DNA of 64,000 nucleotides from an uncultured Gemmatimonadaceae bacterium (GCA_963817955.1 CAWFQK010000005.1:32001-96000), one strand, 5' to 3'. Counted from the first letter of the stretch, positions 1 through 9,716 are shown. Notes: a model not told the origin generated them from the letters alone. Numbers and translations are program-made.

Positions 1-2
1 AC

Positions 3-416
3 CAGCTCGCCCGACGACATGACCGTCGCGCCCGCCTCACGCACCATCTCGATGACACCCGCCGGCACCCGATCGAGGTATGGCACAGCGTCGCCCGCCG
101 AATATTCCATTGCCACGCGCTTGCCGGCCACGTGTTTGGCCAAGAGCGACTCGAGGCTCTTCCACGAGGCGTAGATCTCGCGCGGCCACGCGGACGGCCA
201 ATGCCGCCACGGGCCGGGCTCGATGGCGTGCGAGATCGCCACTGGTGTGCCGCGCGCCGGGACGTAGGCAAAGGCGCGCCGGGTCGTCATACCGTCCAGG
301 CGCAGCAGGCCGCCGGCGATCGGATTGAGTCCACGGAAATCGTACAACAGCCACCCATCGGCGCCCGCTTCGGTCAAGGCGCGCTGCACGTCGGAGAGTG
401 TTTCAGGTGTGAGCAT
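3..416 (-). CDS. M24 family metallopeptidase (Xaa-Pro aminopeptidase-like), N-terminal part, runs off window
   Basis: Manual translation from ATG at 416: MLTPETLSDVQRALTEAGADGWLLYDFRGLNPIA...VAMEYS...VPYLDRVPAGVIEMVR, typical N-terminus of this M24 subfamily; not in the ORF track because it is truncated. Confidence 0.75.
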   Translation of the reverse strand, partial: MLTPETLSDVQRALTEAGADGWLLYDFRGLNPIAGGLLRLDGMTTRRAFAYVPARGTPVAISHAIEPGPWRHWPSAWPREIYASWKSLESLLAKHVAGKRVAMEYSAGDAVPYLDRVPAGVIEMVREAGATVMSSGEL

Positions 417-490
417 GTTTGTGGCCTTCGCGAAGGTTCGGTGAAGAGAATCCGCGGGGTGAGGCGGATGGGACAGCGGGTGCTGTGATC

Positions 491-808
491 AGTTGTGAGT
501 TGTGAGTTGTGAGTATACGGGTCCTGCGCACCAGGGTGCCTGGCTTGCAGGCCACTATCGCCGGTCGGCGAGGTTCGGGTGTCCAGTTGTGAGTCGTGAG
601 TTGTGAGTTTTTAACAACGCGCAACGCATAACTCACAACTGGCAACTCGAAACTCGCCGACCGGTGGGCCGACCGCTACGGAGCAGCCAGCGACATCCAG
701 CCGGTCGATACCCGGAGTCCAATCCCCGCCTCGCGCTGGGCTGCGCCGGTGGGCCGACCGCTACGGAGCAGCCAGCGACATCCAGCCGGTCGCGGGCCCG
801 GAGTCCAA
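491..808. repeat. Palindromic intergenic repeat element, copy 1 (REP/MITE-like) with (AGTTGTG)n heptamers
   Basis: 525-730 is near-identical to the reverse complement of 7364-7570; internal ~34-bp imperfect stem 561-664; 661-722 is duplicated at 746-808. Confidence 0.9.
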
Positions 809-833
809 GCCGAATCCTTCTCACCTGACCAAG

Positions 834-1472
834 CTAGTCCAGCCCGGCCGTTCGATCAAAGGAGCGCCAGTCGGCGCGCCATTCACAACTACCCTCGCCT
901 CTCCCTGCACAGCGCACGTGCTCCACGGCACCGATACTGCCGATCAGGCACAGGAACAACTCGCGCAATGCCGACTCGTAGAACGTACACCCGAGCGTTC
1001 CCGGCGCGGTGCCCATCGTGATGGAACGCGGTACGTCCACCATGAGATGGCTGCCAACGCGGCGGACATTGCCGCCCAGGTAGCGGCTCGCGATCTTCCG
1101 CGCGTGACGAAACGCCAGTGGCCGCGCCATCGCCGATGGGAGCAGACGCATCATCTTGCGCGTGATCAGCGAGATCGTGCCGTAGGATTGGCGTGCCAGG
1201 TAGCGGCCGCCGCCGCGGAACACCGCCTCGGCATCGGGACGCCGGCCAATGAGCTTCGCGAGCGCGATGGCTTCATCCTGGCCCGTTCGCTGTCCTCTGC
1301 GCGCTGCTTCGGTGTGCCGCTTGATCTGCGCATAGATGGTATTGCTTAGACCCAGCCGCTTGTTGCGGAGCTCATCGACATACTCCGCATCGACCTCGTC
1401 GCTCGGTGTATCTACGTTGCGGACCGCTTCAAGGAGACTGAGCGGAAAGAGGGCGTCTACGGTGGCAAGCAT
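834..1472 (-). CDS. Hypothetical protein with C-terminal V4R-like small-ligand-binding domain
   Basis: ORF 834..1484; C-terminal pattern GCTFY...VEHVRCAGRGEGSCEW resembles V4R; start at MLATVD chosen. Confidence 0.55.
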   Translation of the reverse strand: MLATVDALFPLSLLEAVRNVDTPSDEVDAEYVDELRNKRLGLSNTIYAQIKRHTEAARRGQRTGQDEAIALAKLIGRRPDAEAVFRGGGRYLARQSYGTISLITRKMMRLLPSAMARPLAFRHARKIASRYLGGNVRRVGSHLMVDVPRSITMGTAPGTLGCTFYESALRELFLCLIGSIGAVEHVRCAGRGEGSCEWRADWRSFDRTAGLD

Positions 1473-1538
1473 GTGCGTCATCAACAGGGCAAACAGCGAA
1501 GCTAGCTGTCCGTCGAGGCCCCTTCAAGCCAGTAGCTC

Positions 1539-2321
1539 ATGATACTCCGCGCAATTCTGGGATTTGTCCTTGCCGCAGGCGTCGCATGGATCGCGCGGCG
1601 CGCGCAGGGGTTGACCAGCCGTGGAGCCGGCGCGGCGACGCTCCTCGGTGGCGTCTCCACCGCCGCTGGCTGGGACTGGGGCCTGCTGCTCATCGTGTAT
1701 TTCGCTGCCGCGACCCTGCTCTCGCATATCGGCAAAGCGGCAAAGGGCGAGCGCACCGCCTCCATCATCGCCAAGGCCGGAGCACGCGACGCGACGCAGG
1801 TGCTGGCCAACGGCGTCCTGTTTGGCGCCGCCGCGCTGGCCATGCTCGTGCATCCCGACCTTCAGTGGTTCGCGCTCGGCGCCGGCTCGCTCGCGGCTTC
1901 AGCAGCCGACACCTGGGCCACCGAAATCGGAACACTCTGGGGCGGCGAGCCGAGATCCCTGTTGACATGGCAGGCCGTGCCCGCGGGAACTTCGGGCGGC
2001 GTCACCCTGATCGGGAGCGCGGGCGCTGTCGCGGGCGCGTCGTTCATAGCCCTTGTGGCCGTAGCATTTGGCTGGTCGCGTCCGCTCGGGTTCGCACTCG
2101 CCATAGGTGGATTGGCAGGCGCGCTGATCGATTCGCTACTCGGCGCCACCGTGCAGGCTCGGCGGTGGTGCGAGAAGTGCGAACGGGAAACGGAGCGCGA
2201 GACGCATGACTGCGGTGCGCCCACACGTTCGTTGCGCGGCCTTTGGTGGATGGACAATGATCTGGTCAACTTTGTCAGCAGTGCGGTCGGCGGGCTCCTG
2301 GCCATGCGGCTCGCTTCATAA
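1539..2321 (+). CDS. DUF92/TMEM19 family membrane protein
   Basis: Motifs RDATQVLANG, AADTWATEIG, VPAGTSGGVT, DSLLGATVQ, NDLVN; CxxC-containing insertion. Confidence 0.9.
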   Translation: MILRAILGFVLAAGVAWIARRAQGLTSRGAGAATLLGGVSTAAGWDWGLLLIVYFAAATLLSHIGKAAKGERTASIIAKAGARDATQVLANGVLFGAAALAMLVHPDLQWFALGAGSLAASAADTWATEIGTLWGGEPRSLLTWQAVPAGTSGGVTLIGSAGAVAGASFIALVAVAFGWSRPLGFALAIGGLAGALIDSLLGATVQARRWCEKCERETERETHDCGAPTRSLRGLWWMDNDLVNFVSSAVGGLLAMRLAS

Positions 2322-2330
2322 TTCTCGCGC

Positions 2331-3557
2331 ATGAGAACGGCCGAAGTCCTCGTTGCGGGTGGAGGGCCGGCCGGTGCGAGTCTGGCATTCGCGTTGGCAC
2401 GTGCCGGCGTCGATGTGCACGTGCTCGATCGCGCCCACTTTCCTCGCGCCAAGCCGTGCGCGGAATTCCTGAGCCCCCAGGCCTCACGATTGCTTTCCGA
2501 CATGGGAGCACTCGACCGCGTCGAGGAATCTGGCGCTGCCGCATTGGCCGGCGTCCACGTCCGCGCGCCGAACGGTGCGATGATCAAAGGCGATTTTGTC
2601 TCGTCGCATGGATTTCGTGGGTATCGCGATCGCGGGTTGTCTGTTCGACGCGAGGTGCTCGATACCATTCTCCTCGATTGCGCGCGGGCCGCCGGTGCAC
2701 GAGTGAGCGAAGGCGTTCGCGTGACTGACGTGACGCGGGACGCAGGGCGTGCAATCGGCGTGACGGCGCTGTGCGACCAGACGACGCGGCAACTGCAGGC
2801 GCGCATCATTGTCGGAGCCGACGGTTTGCGAAGTGTCGTGGCCCGCCGCCTCGGCTTGTCGCACACACAGTGGTGGCCGCGGCGACTCGCGCTCGTGTCG
2901 CATTACGCGAACGTGCTCGACATCGGCGAGTACGGCGAAATGCACGTGGAACGCGACGGGTACGTCGGCATTGCCGATGTTGGCAACGGTTTGACGACCG
3001 TGGCGCTCGTGGTACCGGCGTCCCGCTCGCGGGAGATCGCGGGCAATAAGGAGCGGTTCCTCGAGTCGTGGCTACACTCCCATCCACACCTCGCGCCCCG
3101 CTTCGCTCGCGCGCAACGCATGACGCCGGTCATGGCGACGGGGCCGTTTGCCTCGCATAGCCGGCGAGCGTGGGCGCCGGGCGCGGCGCTCATCGGCGAT
3201 GCCGCGGACTTTTTCGATCCGTTTACCGGAGAGGGGATCTATTCCGCTCTGCGCGGAGGCGAGATGCTCGCCGAGTGTGTGCGTGAAGCGCTCGCGGCAC
3301 GAAAGCCGAAAGACGCCGATGGCGCGTTCGCCAACTATGATGCGCGCCGGCGAAAGGAATTCCGCGGAAAGTGGATAGTGGAGCGTGTGATTGGCGCGGT
3401 GGTCGGCAACCGCGCGCTCATCGATCGCGCGGCACACAATCTGTCTCGACGGAAGGATCTGTCGGACCTGCTCATTGGCGTGACGGGTGATTTCGTTCCG
3501 CCGAGCACGGTGATCGGCGCGGGCTTTCTGTGGCGGGTATTTGGAAATGCAGGGTAG
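2331..3557 (+). CDS. FAD-dependent oxidoreductase (geranylgeranyl reductase-like)
   Basis: GGGPAG Rossmann motif, FPRAKPCAE, VGADG, IGDAA..FDPFTGEGI. Confidence 0.9.
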   Translation: MRTAEVLVAGGGPAGASLAFALARAGVDVHVLDRAHFPRAKPCAEFLSPQASRLLSDMGALDRVEESGAAALAGVHVRAPNGAMIKGDFVSSHGFRGYRDRGLSVRREVLDTILLDCARAAGARVSEGVRVTDVTRDAGRAIGVTALCDQTTRQLQARIIVGADGLRSVVARRLGLSHTQWWPRRLALVSHYANVLDIGEYGEMHVERDGYVGIADVGNGLTTVALVVPASRSREIAGNKERFLESWLHSHPHLAPRFARAQRMTPVMATGPFASHSRRAWAPGAALIGDAADFFDPFTGEGIYSALRGGEMLAECVREALAARKPKDADGAFANYDARRRKEFRGKWIVERVIGAVVGNRALIDRAAHNLSRRKDLSDLLIGVTGDFVPPSTVIGAGFLWRVFGNAG

Positions 3558-3565
3558 CTTTCGAC

Positions 3566-4039
3566 ATGCTCGACTCCGACACTTTCCGAAGCGTCCTCGG
3601 GCGCTTCGCCTCCGGCGTCACGATCGTGACGGCGCGTGACGCGGAAGGCAGAGATCACGGCATGACGGTGAGCGCATTCTGTTCGCTCAGCCTCGAGCCG
3701 CCGCTCGTTCTGGCGTGCGTCGATCACGCGGCGTCGATGCACGGGTTGCTGACCGGGCACCCACGGATTGGCATCAACATCCTGTCGGTCGACCAGGAGG
3801 CGTATTCGCGCCGTTTTTCCAATCGCGAATCTGATCGTTTCGACGCCATCGCGTATACCCGCGGCGACAACGGGGTCGTGTTGCTCAACGACGCCCTTGC
3901 CCACCTGGAGTGTCAGGTCACTGCGCACCATGATGCAGGCGACCACACGATCTTCGTGGCCGAGGTGGAGCGTGCTCGGCCGCGAGACGGTCGGCCGCTG
4001 CTGTACTATCGGGGCGGGTACGCCCAGCTCGAACGCTGA
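3566..4039 (+). CDS. Flavin reductase family protein (HpaC-like)
   Basis: FRSVLGRFASGVTIVT, GMTVSAFCSLSLEPPL, AGDHTIF, PLLYYRGGY. Confidence 0.92.
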   Translation: MLDSDTFRSVLGRFASGVTIVTARDAEGRDHGMTVSAFCSLSLEPPLVLACVDHAASMHGLLTGHPRIGINILSVDQEAYSRRFSNRESDRFDAIAYTRGDNGVVLLNDALAHLECQVTAHHDAGDHTIFVAEVERARPRDGRPLLYYRGGYAQLER

Positions 4040-4043
4040 TTCC

Positions 4044-4739
4044 GTGTTCGCTCCTGCGCGGCGGCGTGGCACTGAATTCCTGGACGACCCGAACGTCGAT
4101 CCCGACATTCGGCGCCGGTCGATCGACGACGTGCGTCTGTCCAATCGGGTGCTTGGCGGCCGGCGTGCAGCGTTGCTGGCGCTCCGTGCGGCGGCGCGTG
4201 GCGTGGGCCCCTCATACGTGCTGCTCGACGTGGGCACCGGCTTTGCCGACATTCCGGCACGTGCGTGTAGCGAGGCAAAGCGCAGCGGCACGAACGTGAC
4301 CACGGTTGGAGTGGATGCAGCGTCGTCGCTGCTGGTGGCTGCCGGACCGCGTTTGACCCACGCCGTGTGCGCAAACGCACTGACGCTTCCCTTTCGTGAC
4401 CGGTCGGTGGATGTGGTGTTGTGCTCACAGGTGCTACACCACTTTGACCAGGCGCATGTGGAGGAGTTGCTGCGCGAGATCAATCGCGTGGCGCGGCACG
4501 CCGTGGTGGTGAGCGACTTGCGTCGGAGCTGGTTCGCAGCAATCGGATTCTGGCTGGTTTCCTTTCCATTGCGTTTTCATCGCGTGACGCGGCACGATGG
4601 CGTCGTATCGGTACTCCGCGGGTTCACGGCCACCGAACTGCGCACGCTCGTCGAGCGTGCGTGCGGCACGACACCGGTCGTGCACGGCCGCTTGGGTTTC
4701 CGACTGACGGCGTCGTGGCAGCCGAGGATAAGCTCATGA
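4044..4739 (+). CDS. Class I SAM-dependent methyltransferase
   Basis: VLLDVGTGFADIP motif I, LPFRDRSVDVV, VLHHF, SDLRRS; GTG start estimated within ORF 3768..4739. Confidence 0.85.
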   Translation: MFAPARRRGTEFLDDPNVDPDIRRRSIDDVRLSNRVLGGRRAALLALRAAARGVGPSYVLLDVGTGFADIPARACSEAKRSGTNVTTVGVDAASSLLVAAGPRLTHAVCANALTLPFRDRSVDVVLCSQVLHHFDQAHVEELLREINRVARHAVVVSDLRRSWFAAIGFWLVSFPLRFHRVTRHDGVVSVLRGFTATELRTLVERACGTTPVVHGRLGFRLTASWQPRISS

Positions 4740-5278
4740 GCGCCCAACACGACCTGGGCCCAATGCCCAATGACCGGCGAATGACGGCGGTCGACGAACA
4801 GCTCGTCCGCGCGCCATTACCCGTGATCTTTAGTTTGGCGGCCGACGTCGAACGCTGGCCATCGCACCTCCGGCACTACCGTTTCGTTCGATTCACCAAT
4901 CGGACACGCGACGGAGGCGGGCTCGTCGAGATGTCGGCAAACCGGCCGTTCGGCCTCATTCAATGGCCGACGCGGTGGACGTCCCTGATGACTGTGACAG
5001 CGCCGGGTGGAACAACGCATCCGTCTATCCGATTCAGGCATGTAGGCGGAGTGACGACGGGCATGGACGTCGAGTGGTCGTTCCACCCCGCCACGGAGGG
5101 GACGCTCGTGCGAATCGTGCATGTGTGGAACGGGCCAGGCTGGCCGTTGATTGGTGAAGTTGCCGCACGAGGCGTGATTGGACCCGTCTTCGTGCACGGA
5201 ATCGCGTGTCGCACCCTTGCCGGGCTCGCCCACGCCGCCGAACGTTTGCCCACGGACGTATCACCGAGCGAGGTATAG
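4736..5278 (+). CDS. SRPBCC/START-fold polyketide cyclase/dehydrase-like protein
   Basis: VRAPLPVIFSLAADVERWP, MDVEWSF; ATGA overlap with the upstream stop codon. Confidence 0.8.
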   Translation: MSAQHDLGPMPNDRRMTAVDEQLVRAPLPVIFSLAADVERWPSHLRHYRFVRFTNRTRDGGGLVEMSANRPFGLIQWPTRWTSLMTVTAPGGTTHPSIRFRHVGGVTTGMDVEWSFHPATEGTLVRIVHVWNGPGWPLIGEVAARGVIGPVFVHGIACRTLAGLAHAAERLPTDVSPSEV

Positions 5279-5279
5279 A

Positions 5280-6521
5280 GTGGCTGATCGGCAACGGGTG
5301 GTGATCACGGGGATCGGGGCGATTACGCCGATCGGAATCACGCGCGAGGAATTGTGGAACGGACTCCACCGCTACCGCTCCGCAGTGCGCAGCGTGACGC
5401 GGTTCGACGCATCGATTTTCAGGAGCCGAATTGCAGCGGAGATCGACTTTGACCCGAACGATTTCCTCGAGCAACGCCGCGCGAAGCGCCTCGACCGGTT
5501 CGGTCAGTTCACGGTATCGTGTGCCCGTCTGGCGATCGAGGACGCCAGTCTCAACATGGCGGCAGAGGATCGAGAGCGTGTGGGGTCGATGATGGGAAGT
5601 GCCCTCGGTGGCGTGGGCTACGCCGAAGAGCAGTTCATGATCTTCAAGAACGAGGGGCTGAAATCCGTTTCAGCGACACTGGCGACTAACGTTTTCGCCG
5701 GCGCGGCGAGCTGCAATGTGGCAATCGAATTCGGCGCGCAGGGCCCGAACAGCACGAACGCGATGAGCTGCGCATCTGGCACGATGGCGATCGGCGAAGG
5801 GTTCCGGCAGATCCGCGACGGCTATGCCGACGTGATGATCTGCGGCGGGTCCGAGGCGCCGTTGAACCAGCTCTGCTTTGGTGCGTTCGCAATCATACGA
5901 GCGTTATCGACGCGCAACGACGCCCCGGATAAGGCATCGCGCCCATTCGACAAGACGCGTGACGGTTTTGTGATGGGCGAAGGCGCAGCGATCCTCGTCC
6001 TCGAGGAGTATGGCCGGGCGAAAGCCCGGGGCGCGCACATTTACGCCGAGATCATGGGATATTCGTTCTGCAACGACGCCTATCACATGACCGCGCCGCG
6101 GCCGGACGGATCACAGGCTGCGCGGGCCATGCGCGGCGCCCTGAAGGATGCACACATCGAGCCGCACGAAGTGGGGTACGTGAACGCACACGGCAGCAGC
6201 ACGCCGTTGAACGATTCGACGGAAACACGTTCCATTCACACCGTTTTCGGCGACCACGCGTCGTCGCTGCCCGTGAGCAGCACCAAGGCGTACTACGGCC
6301 ACGCGCTCGGAGCGTCTGGCGCAATGGAGGCGGCGATCTGCGCCCTCTCGCTGGAGCGTGGCTGGCTGCCGCCGACACTCAATCTCGAGTGTCCGGACGA
6401 GGAATGCGATCTCGACTACATCCCAGGCAAGGGCCGGGATGCGGACGTCGAGTTCATCCTGAGCAATTCATTCGGCTTTGGCGGGATCAACGCGGCGTTG
6501 GTGTTCAAGCGGCAGGGGTAA
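5280..6521 (+). CDS. Beta-ketoacyl-ACP synthase II-like ketosynthase (FabF family)
   Basis: RVVITGIG, active-site SCASG, NAHGSST, GHALGASG, SNSFGFGG; possibly a pathway-specific paralog rather than housekeeping fabF. Confidence 0.92.
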   Translation: MADRQRVVITGIGAITPIGITREELWNGLHRYRSAVRSVTRFDASIFRSRIAAEIDFDPNDFLEQRRAKRLDRFGQFTVSCARLAIEDASLNMAAEDRERVGSMMGSALGGVGYAEEQFMIFKNEGLKSVSATLATNVFAGAASCNVAIEFGAQGPNSTNAMSCASGTMAIGEGFRQIRDGYADVMICGGSEAPLNQLCFGAFAIIRALSTRNDAPDKASRPFDKTRDGFVMGEGAAILVLEEYGRAKARGAHIYAEIMGYSFCNDAYHMTAPRPDGSQAARAMRGALKDAHIEPHEVGYVNAHGSSTPLNDSTETRSIHTVFGDHASSLPVSSTKAYYGHALGASGAMEAAICALSLERGWLPPTLNLECPDEECDLDYIPGKGRDADVEFILSNSFGFGGINAALVFKRQG

Positions 6522-6645
6522 GGGGCGACCGAACAGCGACGGTCACTTTGTGCAGAGTTCCGCGACGTAGGCCCGGCAGCGTTAGTTTCCGGCAAGTTCG
6601 TCATTCTTGGTGCGGCATTCGCCACTCTTCACTCATCATATCACT

Positions 6646-7362
6646 ATGAAAGACGCCTGGCGCCATTTCGCCGCGGAGTTCATCGGGACGTTCGCACTCG
6701 TGTTCGTGGGCGGCGGCGCGATCATCACGAGTCCCCTGCTCTCCGCGCAGTCGTCGTTGATCAACATTGCGTTCGCGCACGGGTTGATCCTCGCGATAAT
6801 GATCACGGCCACCATGCGCGTATCCGGCCATTTGAATCCCGCCGTCACGATGGGATTTCTCGTCACGCGCCGGATCGAGCCGATGATGGCGGTGGTCTAC
6901 TGGATCGCGCAAATCCTGGGCGCAATCATCGCGGCATACGCGCTCAACGCGCTGTATCCGGCGAACATCGTCGAGGCAACGCGGCTCGGCGGCCAAACCA
7001 TCTCGGCCGACGTCACCATGCTCCAGGCGATCTCGCTCGAAGCCATCGCGACGTTCTTCCTGACCTTCATGGTCTTCGGCACGGCGGTCGATCCGCGCGC
7101 GCCCAAGGTTGGCGGCTTCGCGATCGGTCTCTCGCTCACGGCGGGCATCCTGGCCATTGGACCGCTCACCGGCGGGTCGTTGAACCCGGCGCGCTCGTTC
7201 GGCCCGGCGGTGGTGACGCACATCTTCGAGGGTCAGACAGCGTACTGGATTGGTCCGATGATCGGAAGCATCGTGGCCGCGCTGATCTATGAGAAGCTGT
7301 TCATGCCGCGCGAGGTTGAACCGGCCGATCACGGAACGATGCGGCCGGCCCAGCCATCGTGA
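6646..7362 (+). CDS. MIP family aquaporin
   Basis: AEFIGTF, SGHLNPAVT and GGSLNPARSFGP (two NPA boxes). Confidence 0.95.
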   Translation: MKDAWRHFAAEFIGTFALVFVGGGAIITSPLLSAQSSLINIAFAHGLILAIMITATMRVSGHLNPAVTMGFLVTRRIEPMMAVVYWIAQILGAIIAAYALNALYPANIVEATRLGGQTISADVTMLQAISLEAIATFFLTFMVFGTAVDPRAPKVGGFAIGLSLTAGILAIGPLTGGSLNPARSFGPAVVTHIFEGQTAYWIGPMIGSIVAALIYEKLFMPREVEPADHGTMRPAQPS

Positions 7363-7363
7363 A

Positions 7364-7580
7364 GGCGGGGGTTGGACTCCGGGCTCTATTCTGGCTGGAT
7401 GTCGCTGGCTGCTCCGTAGCGGTCGGCCCACCGGTCGGCGAGTTTCGAGTTGCCAGTGATGAGTTATGCGTTGCGCGTTTTTAGAAACTCACAACTCACC
7501 ACTCACAACTGGAAACTCGAACCTCGCCGACCGGCGATAGTGGCCGGCGAGCCAGGCACCCTGGTGCGCACAACCTATAC
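7364..7580. repeat. Palindromic repeat element, copy 2 (inverted relative to copy 1), interrupted by the IS; heptamer tail resumes at 8973-9008
   Basis: Reverse complement matches 514-730; (CTGACAA)3 CTCACCA CTGACCA after the IS corresponds to the (CTCACAA)n tail of copy 1. Confidence 0.88.
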
Positions 7581-7582
7581 AC

Positions 7583-8978
7583 TGTGAAGTAACGGGCTGA
7601 TAGGTGAGCAATTATCCGGGCTGATAGGTAAGCCTCGCATGGCAGCAGGGTGGTCTCTGGAGACCTGAAGCAATCCCCTCACGGGGCGGGAGTCAAAGGG
7701 AACGTCCAACGGACGTTCGGGACAAACCGATTGGTGGCGAGCAGAATCTCTCCCAGCTCGAGCGGTCCGTAGGCCACAATGAGGCGATCATCGTGCGTGT
7801 CGGTCAGGCGCACGTCTTCGCCGGCCAGGTTGTGCGAGAGCGAGTAGCTGACCTCGCGCACCTTGATCGCGCCGGCGCTGCTGACGCGGCGCACCACGGT
7901 CCCCTCCGGATAGCACATCGGGGGCAGGCGGCGCGGATAGGCCCGCGGCGAGCCGTGATAGTCCGCGCCCGGGGCGCGGTGCCCGGCGACGCTGGCGTGG
8001 GGCCGCTCGTCGTTGTATTCGCTGCGAAAGCGATCGAACCGGCGCTGCTGCGCCACGAACGAGGGCGCGGGCGGGTCCAGGGTGTGGGCCTTGAGGGTTC
8101 TGTGAAACCGCTCGTGCGCGCCGTTGGCGGCGGGCTGGCCCGGCGGCGTGTGCTCGGGCCGGATGCCCAACCGCACCCACCAGAACGCCAGGGAGCCGAG
8201 GCGGCCGATCGCGTTGGGCTGGGCGAATGGCACGCCGTTGTCCGTGCGGAGGACGTCGGGGAGCCCGTACTCGCGGAACAAGCGCTGGAAGCACTGGCGG
8301 GCCGTGGGGACCGCGGTACTGCGCAGGGCGGTGCAGCCGAGGAGAAAATGGCTGTGCAGATCCAACACGGTCAGGGGATAGCATTCGGGCCCGCCGCCTG
8401 AGAGCGCGAATTCCCCTTTGAAATCCGCCGTCCAGACCACGTTCGGGGCGGTCGCGGCGGTGCGCCCACTCGCCAGGCGGGCATGCGTCCGGCCGCGCCG
8501 GCGTCTTGAGTCGACCAGGCCGGCCCGTTTGAGCAGCGCCCCGATCGTGCTGGCGGCGGGCCACCGTCCTCCCGCCGGTTCGTGGAGCTGCAGCCAATCC
8601 CGCAGCTTCGCCGGCCCGTACAGCGGGTGGCGCTTCCGCAACGCGATGATGCGGGCGGCCATAGCGGGTGGCAGTTGGTGGCCTTGCCCATGTCGGGCGT
8701 GCGAGCGATCCGCGAGGCCAGCCGGCCCGTCGGTCGCAAAGCGGTGCAGCCACTTATGGCCGGTCTTCTCACTAATGCCAAATTCGGCGCAGACGGCGAG
8801 GAGCGACTCTCTCCGACGCATGCACTGTTGCACAAACGCCAATCGTTCCGACATCGGTGAACTCTCTTGCCAAGGCACGGACACCTCCCAGAAGATGTCC
8901 GAACGTAAGGCTGTCTCACCAAGCTCACCTATCAGCCCGGTTTGTGGCTCACCTATCAGACCGGTTTGTACCCTGACA
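7583..8978 (-). mobile_element. IS481 family insertion sequence
   Basis: Left end TGTGAAG...; reiterated inverted terminal motifs GGGCTGATAGGTGAGC/GGGCTGATAGGTAAGC on the left and GCTCACCTATCAGCCCGG/GCTCACCTATCAGACCGG on the right; exact right end uncertain (8972-8978). Confidence 0.85.
7679..8878 (-). CDS. IS481 family DDE transposase
   Basis: GTG start behind GGAGG; MPWQESSPMSERLAF HTH; WTADFKG, RTDNGVPF, NGAHERFHRTLK, YNDERPH. Confidence 0.93.
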   Translation of the reverse strand: MPWQESSPMSERLAFVQQCMRRRESLLAVCAEFGISEKTGHKWLHRFATDGPAGLADRSHARHGQGHQLPPAMAARIIALRKRHPLYGPAKLRDWLQLHEPAGGRWPAASTIGALLKRAGLVDSRRRRGRTHARLASGRTAATAPNVVWTADFKGEFALSGGGPECYPLTVLDLHSHFLLGCTALRSTAVPTARQCFQRLFREYGLPDVLRTDNGVPFAQPNAIGRLGSLAFWWVRLGIRPEHTPPGQPAANGAHERFHRTLKAHTLDPPAPSFVAQQRRFDRFRSEYNDERPHASVAGHRAPGADYHGSPRAYPRRLPPMCYPEGTVVRRVSSAGAIKVREVSYSLSHNLAGEDVRLTDTHDDRLIVAYGPLELGEILLATNRFVPNVRWTFPLTPAP

Positions 8979-9046
8979 ACTGACAACTGACAACTCACCA
9001 CTGACCACCCGTCGTCCCGCCCGCATCCAACCATTAGTTTCTCTTC

Positions 9047-9664
9047 ATGGCAGACGCTCCCGTCCCATCCCTCGCGCACGCGCGCGAAGCGAAGATCAAC
9101 GAGCTCTCGACGTATTTCACGAACGACGATCTGTCGATCGAGGAGCTGGAGCATCGGATCGAGCGAGTGTACCAGGCGGCGAGCGTCGCCGAGTTGGAGG
9201 CGATCACCGCGGATCTGCGCAGCAGCGTCGCCCTGCCGGCCACGGCGAGTAGCCGGGGGGCTGGTACATCGGTCGCCTCGAGTGAGGCGGGGAGTTCCAG
9301 ACTGCTGTCGCTCCTCAGCTCCACGCGCCGCGTCGGGCGCTGGCGAGTGCCCCCCAAGCTCGACATCGTGGCGATCATGTCGGACACGAAGATCGATCTC
9401 ACACATGCCGTGGTGCCACCCGGTGGCGTGGACATCAATCTGCGGGTGATCATGGCGTCGTTCAGGCTGGTCGTGCCGCCAGATATGCGAGTGGTCAACG
9501 ATACGCATGCCGTCTTGGCGAACGTGAGCAGCCACGCCGATGAGCTACCCCCGAACGACGCCTCCGCTGCGCCAATGCCGGTGGTTCGCCTGACCGGCTT
9601 CGCGTTGATGAGCGATGTCAACGTGGTCGTCCGACGCCGCGAGGACCCGGCGTACGACGACTAG
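9047..9664 (+). CDS. DUF1707 (SHOCT-like) plus LiaF/DUF2154-like protein
   Basis: REAKINELS...ELEHRIERVYQAASVAELEAITADL; C-terminal KIDLTHA, LVVPPD, VRLTGFALMSDVNV. Confidence 0.75.
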   Translation: MADAPVPSLAHAREAKINELSTYFTNDDLSIEELEHRIERVYQAASVAELEAITADLRSSVALPATASSRGAGTSVASSEAGSSRLLSLLSSTRRVGRWRVPPKLDIVAIMSDTKIDLTHAVVPPGGVDINLRVIMASFRLVVPPDMRVVNDTHAVLANVSSHADELPPNDASAAPMPVVRLTGFALMSDVNVVVRRREDPAYDD

Positions 9665-9716
9665 GGACACGAGACACGGGACAATTCGGTTTCACATCGG
9701 TGATCCCGCCCGGTCA

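Noticed and set aside
7679..9535. 618-aa transposase with long N-terminal extension
   Set aside because: The extension crosses the IS end and is antisense to the DUF1707 gene; a GTG start with GGAGG at 8878 fits better
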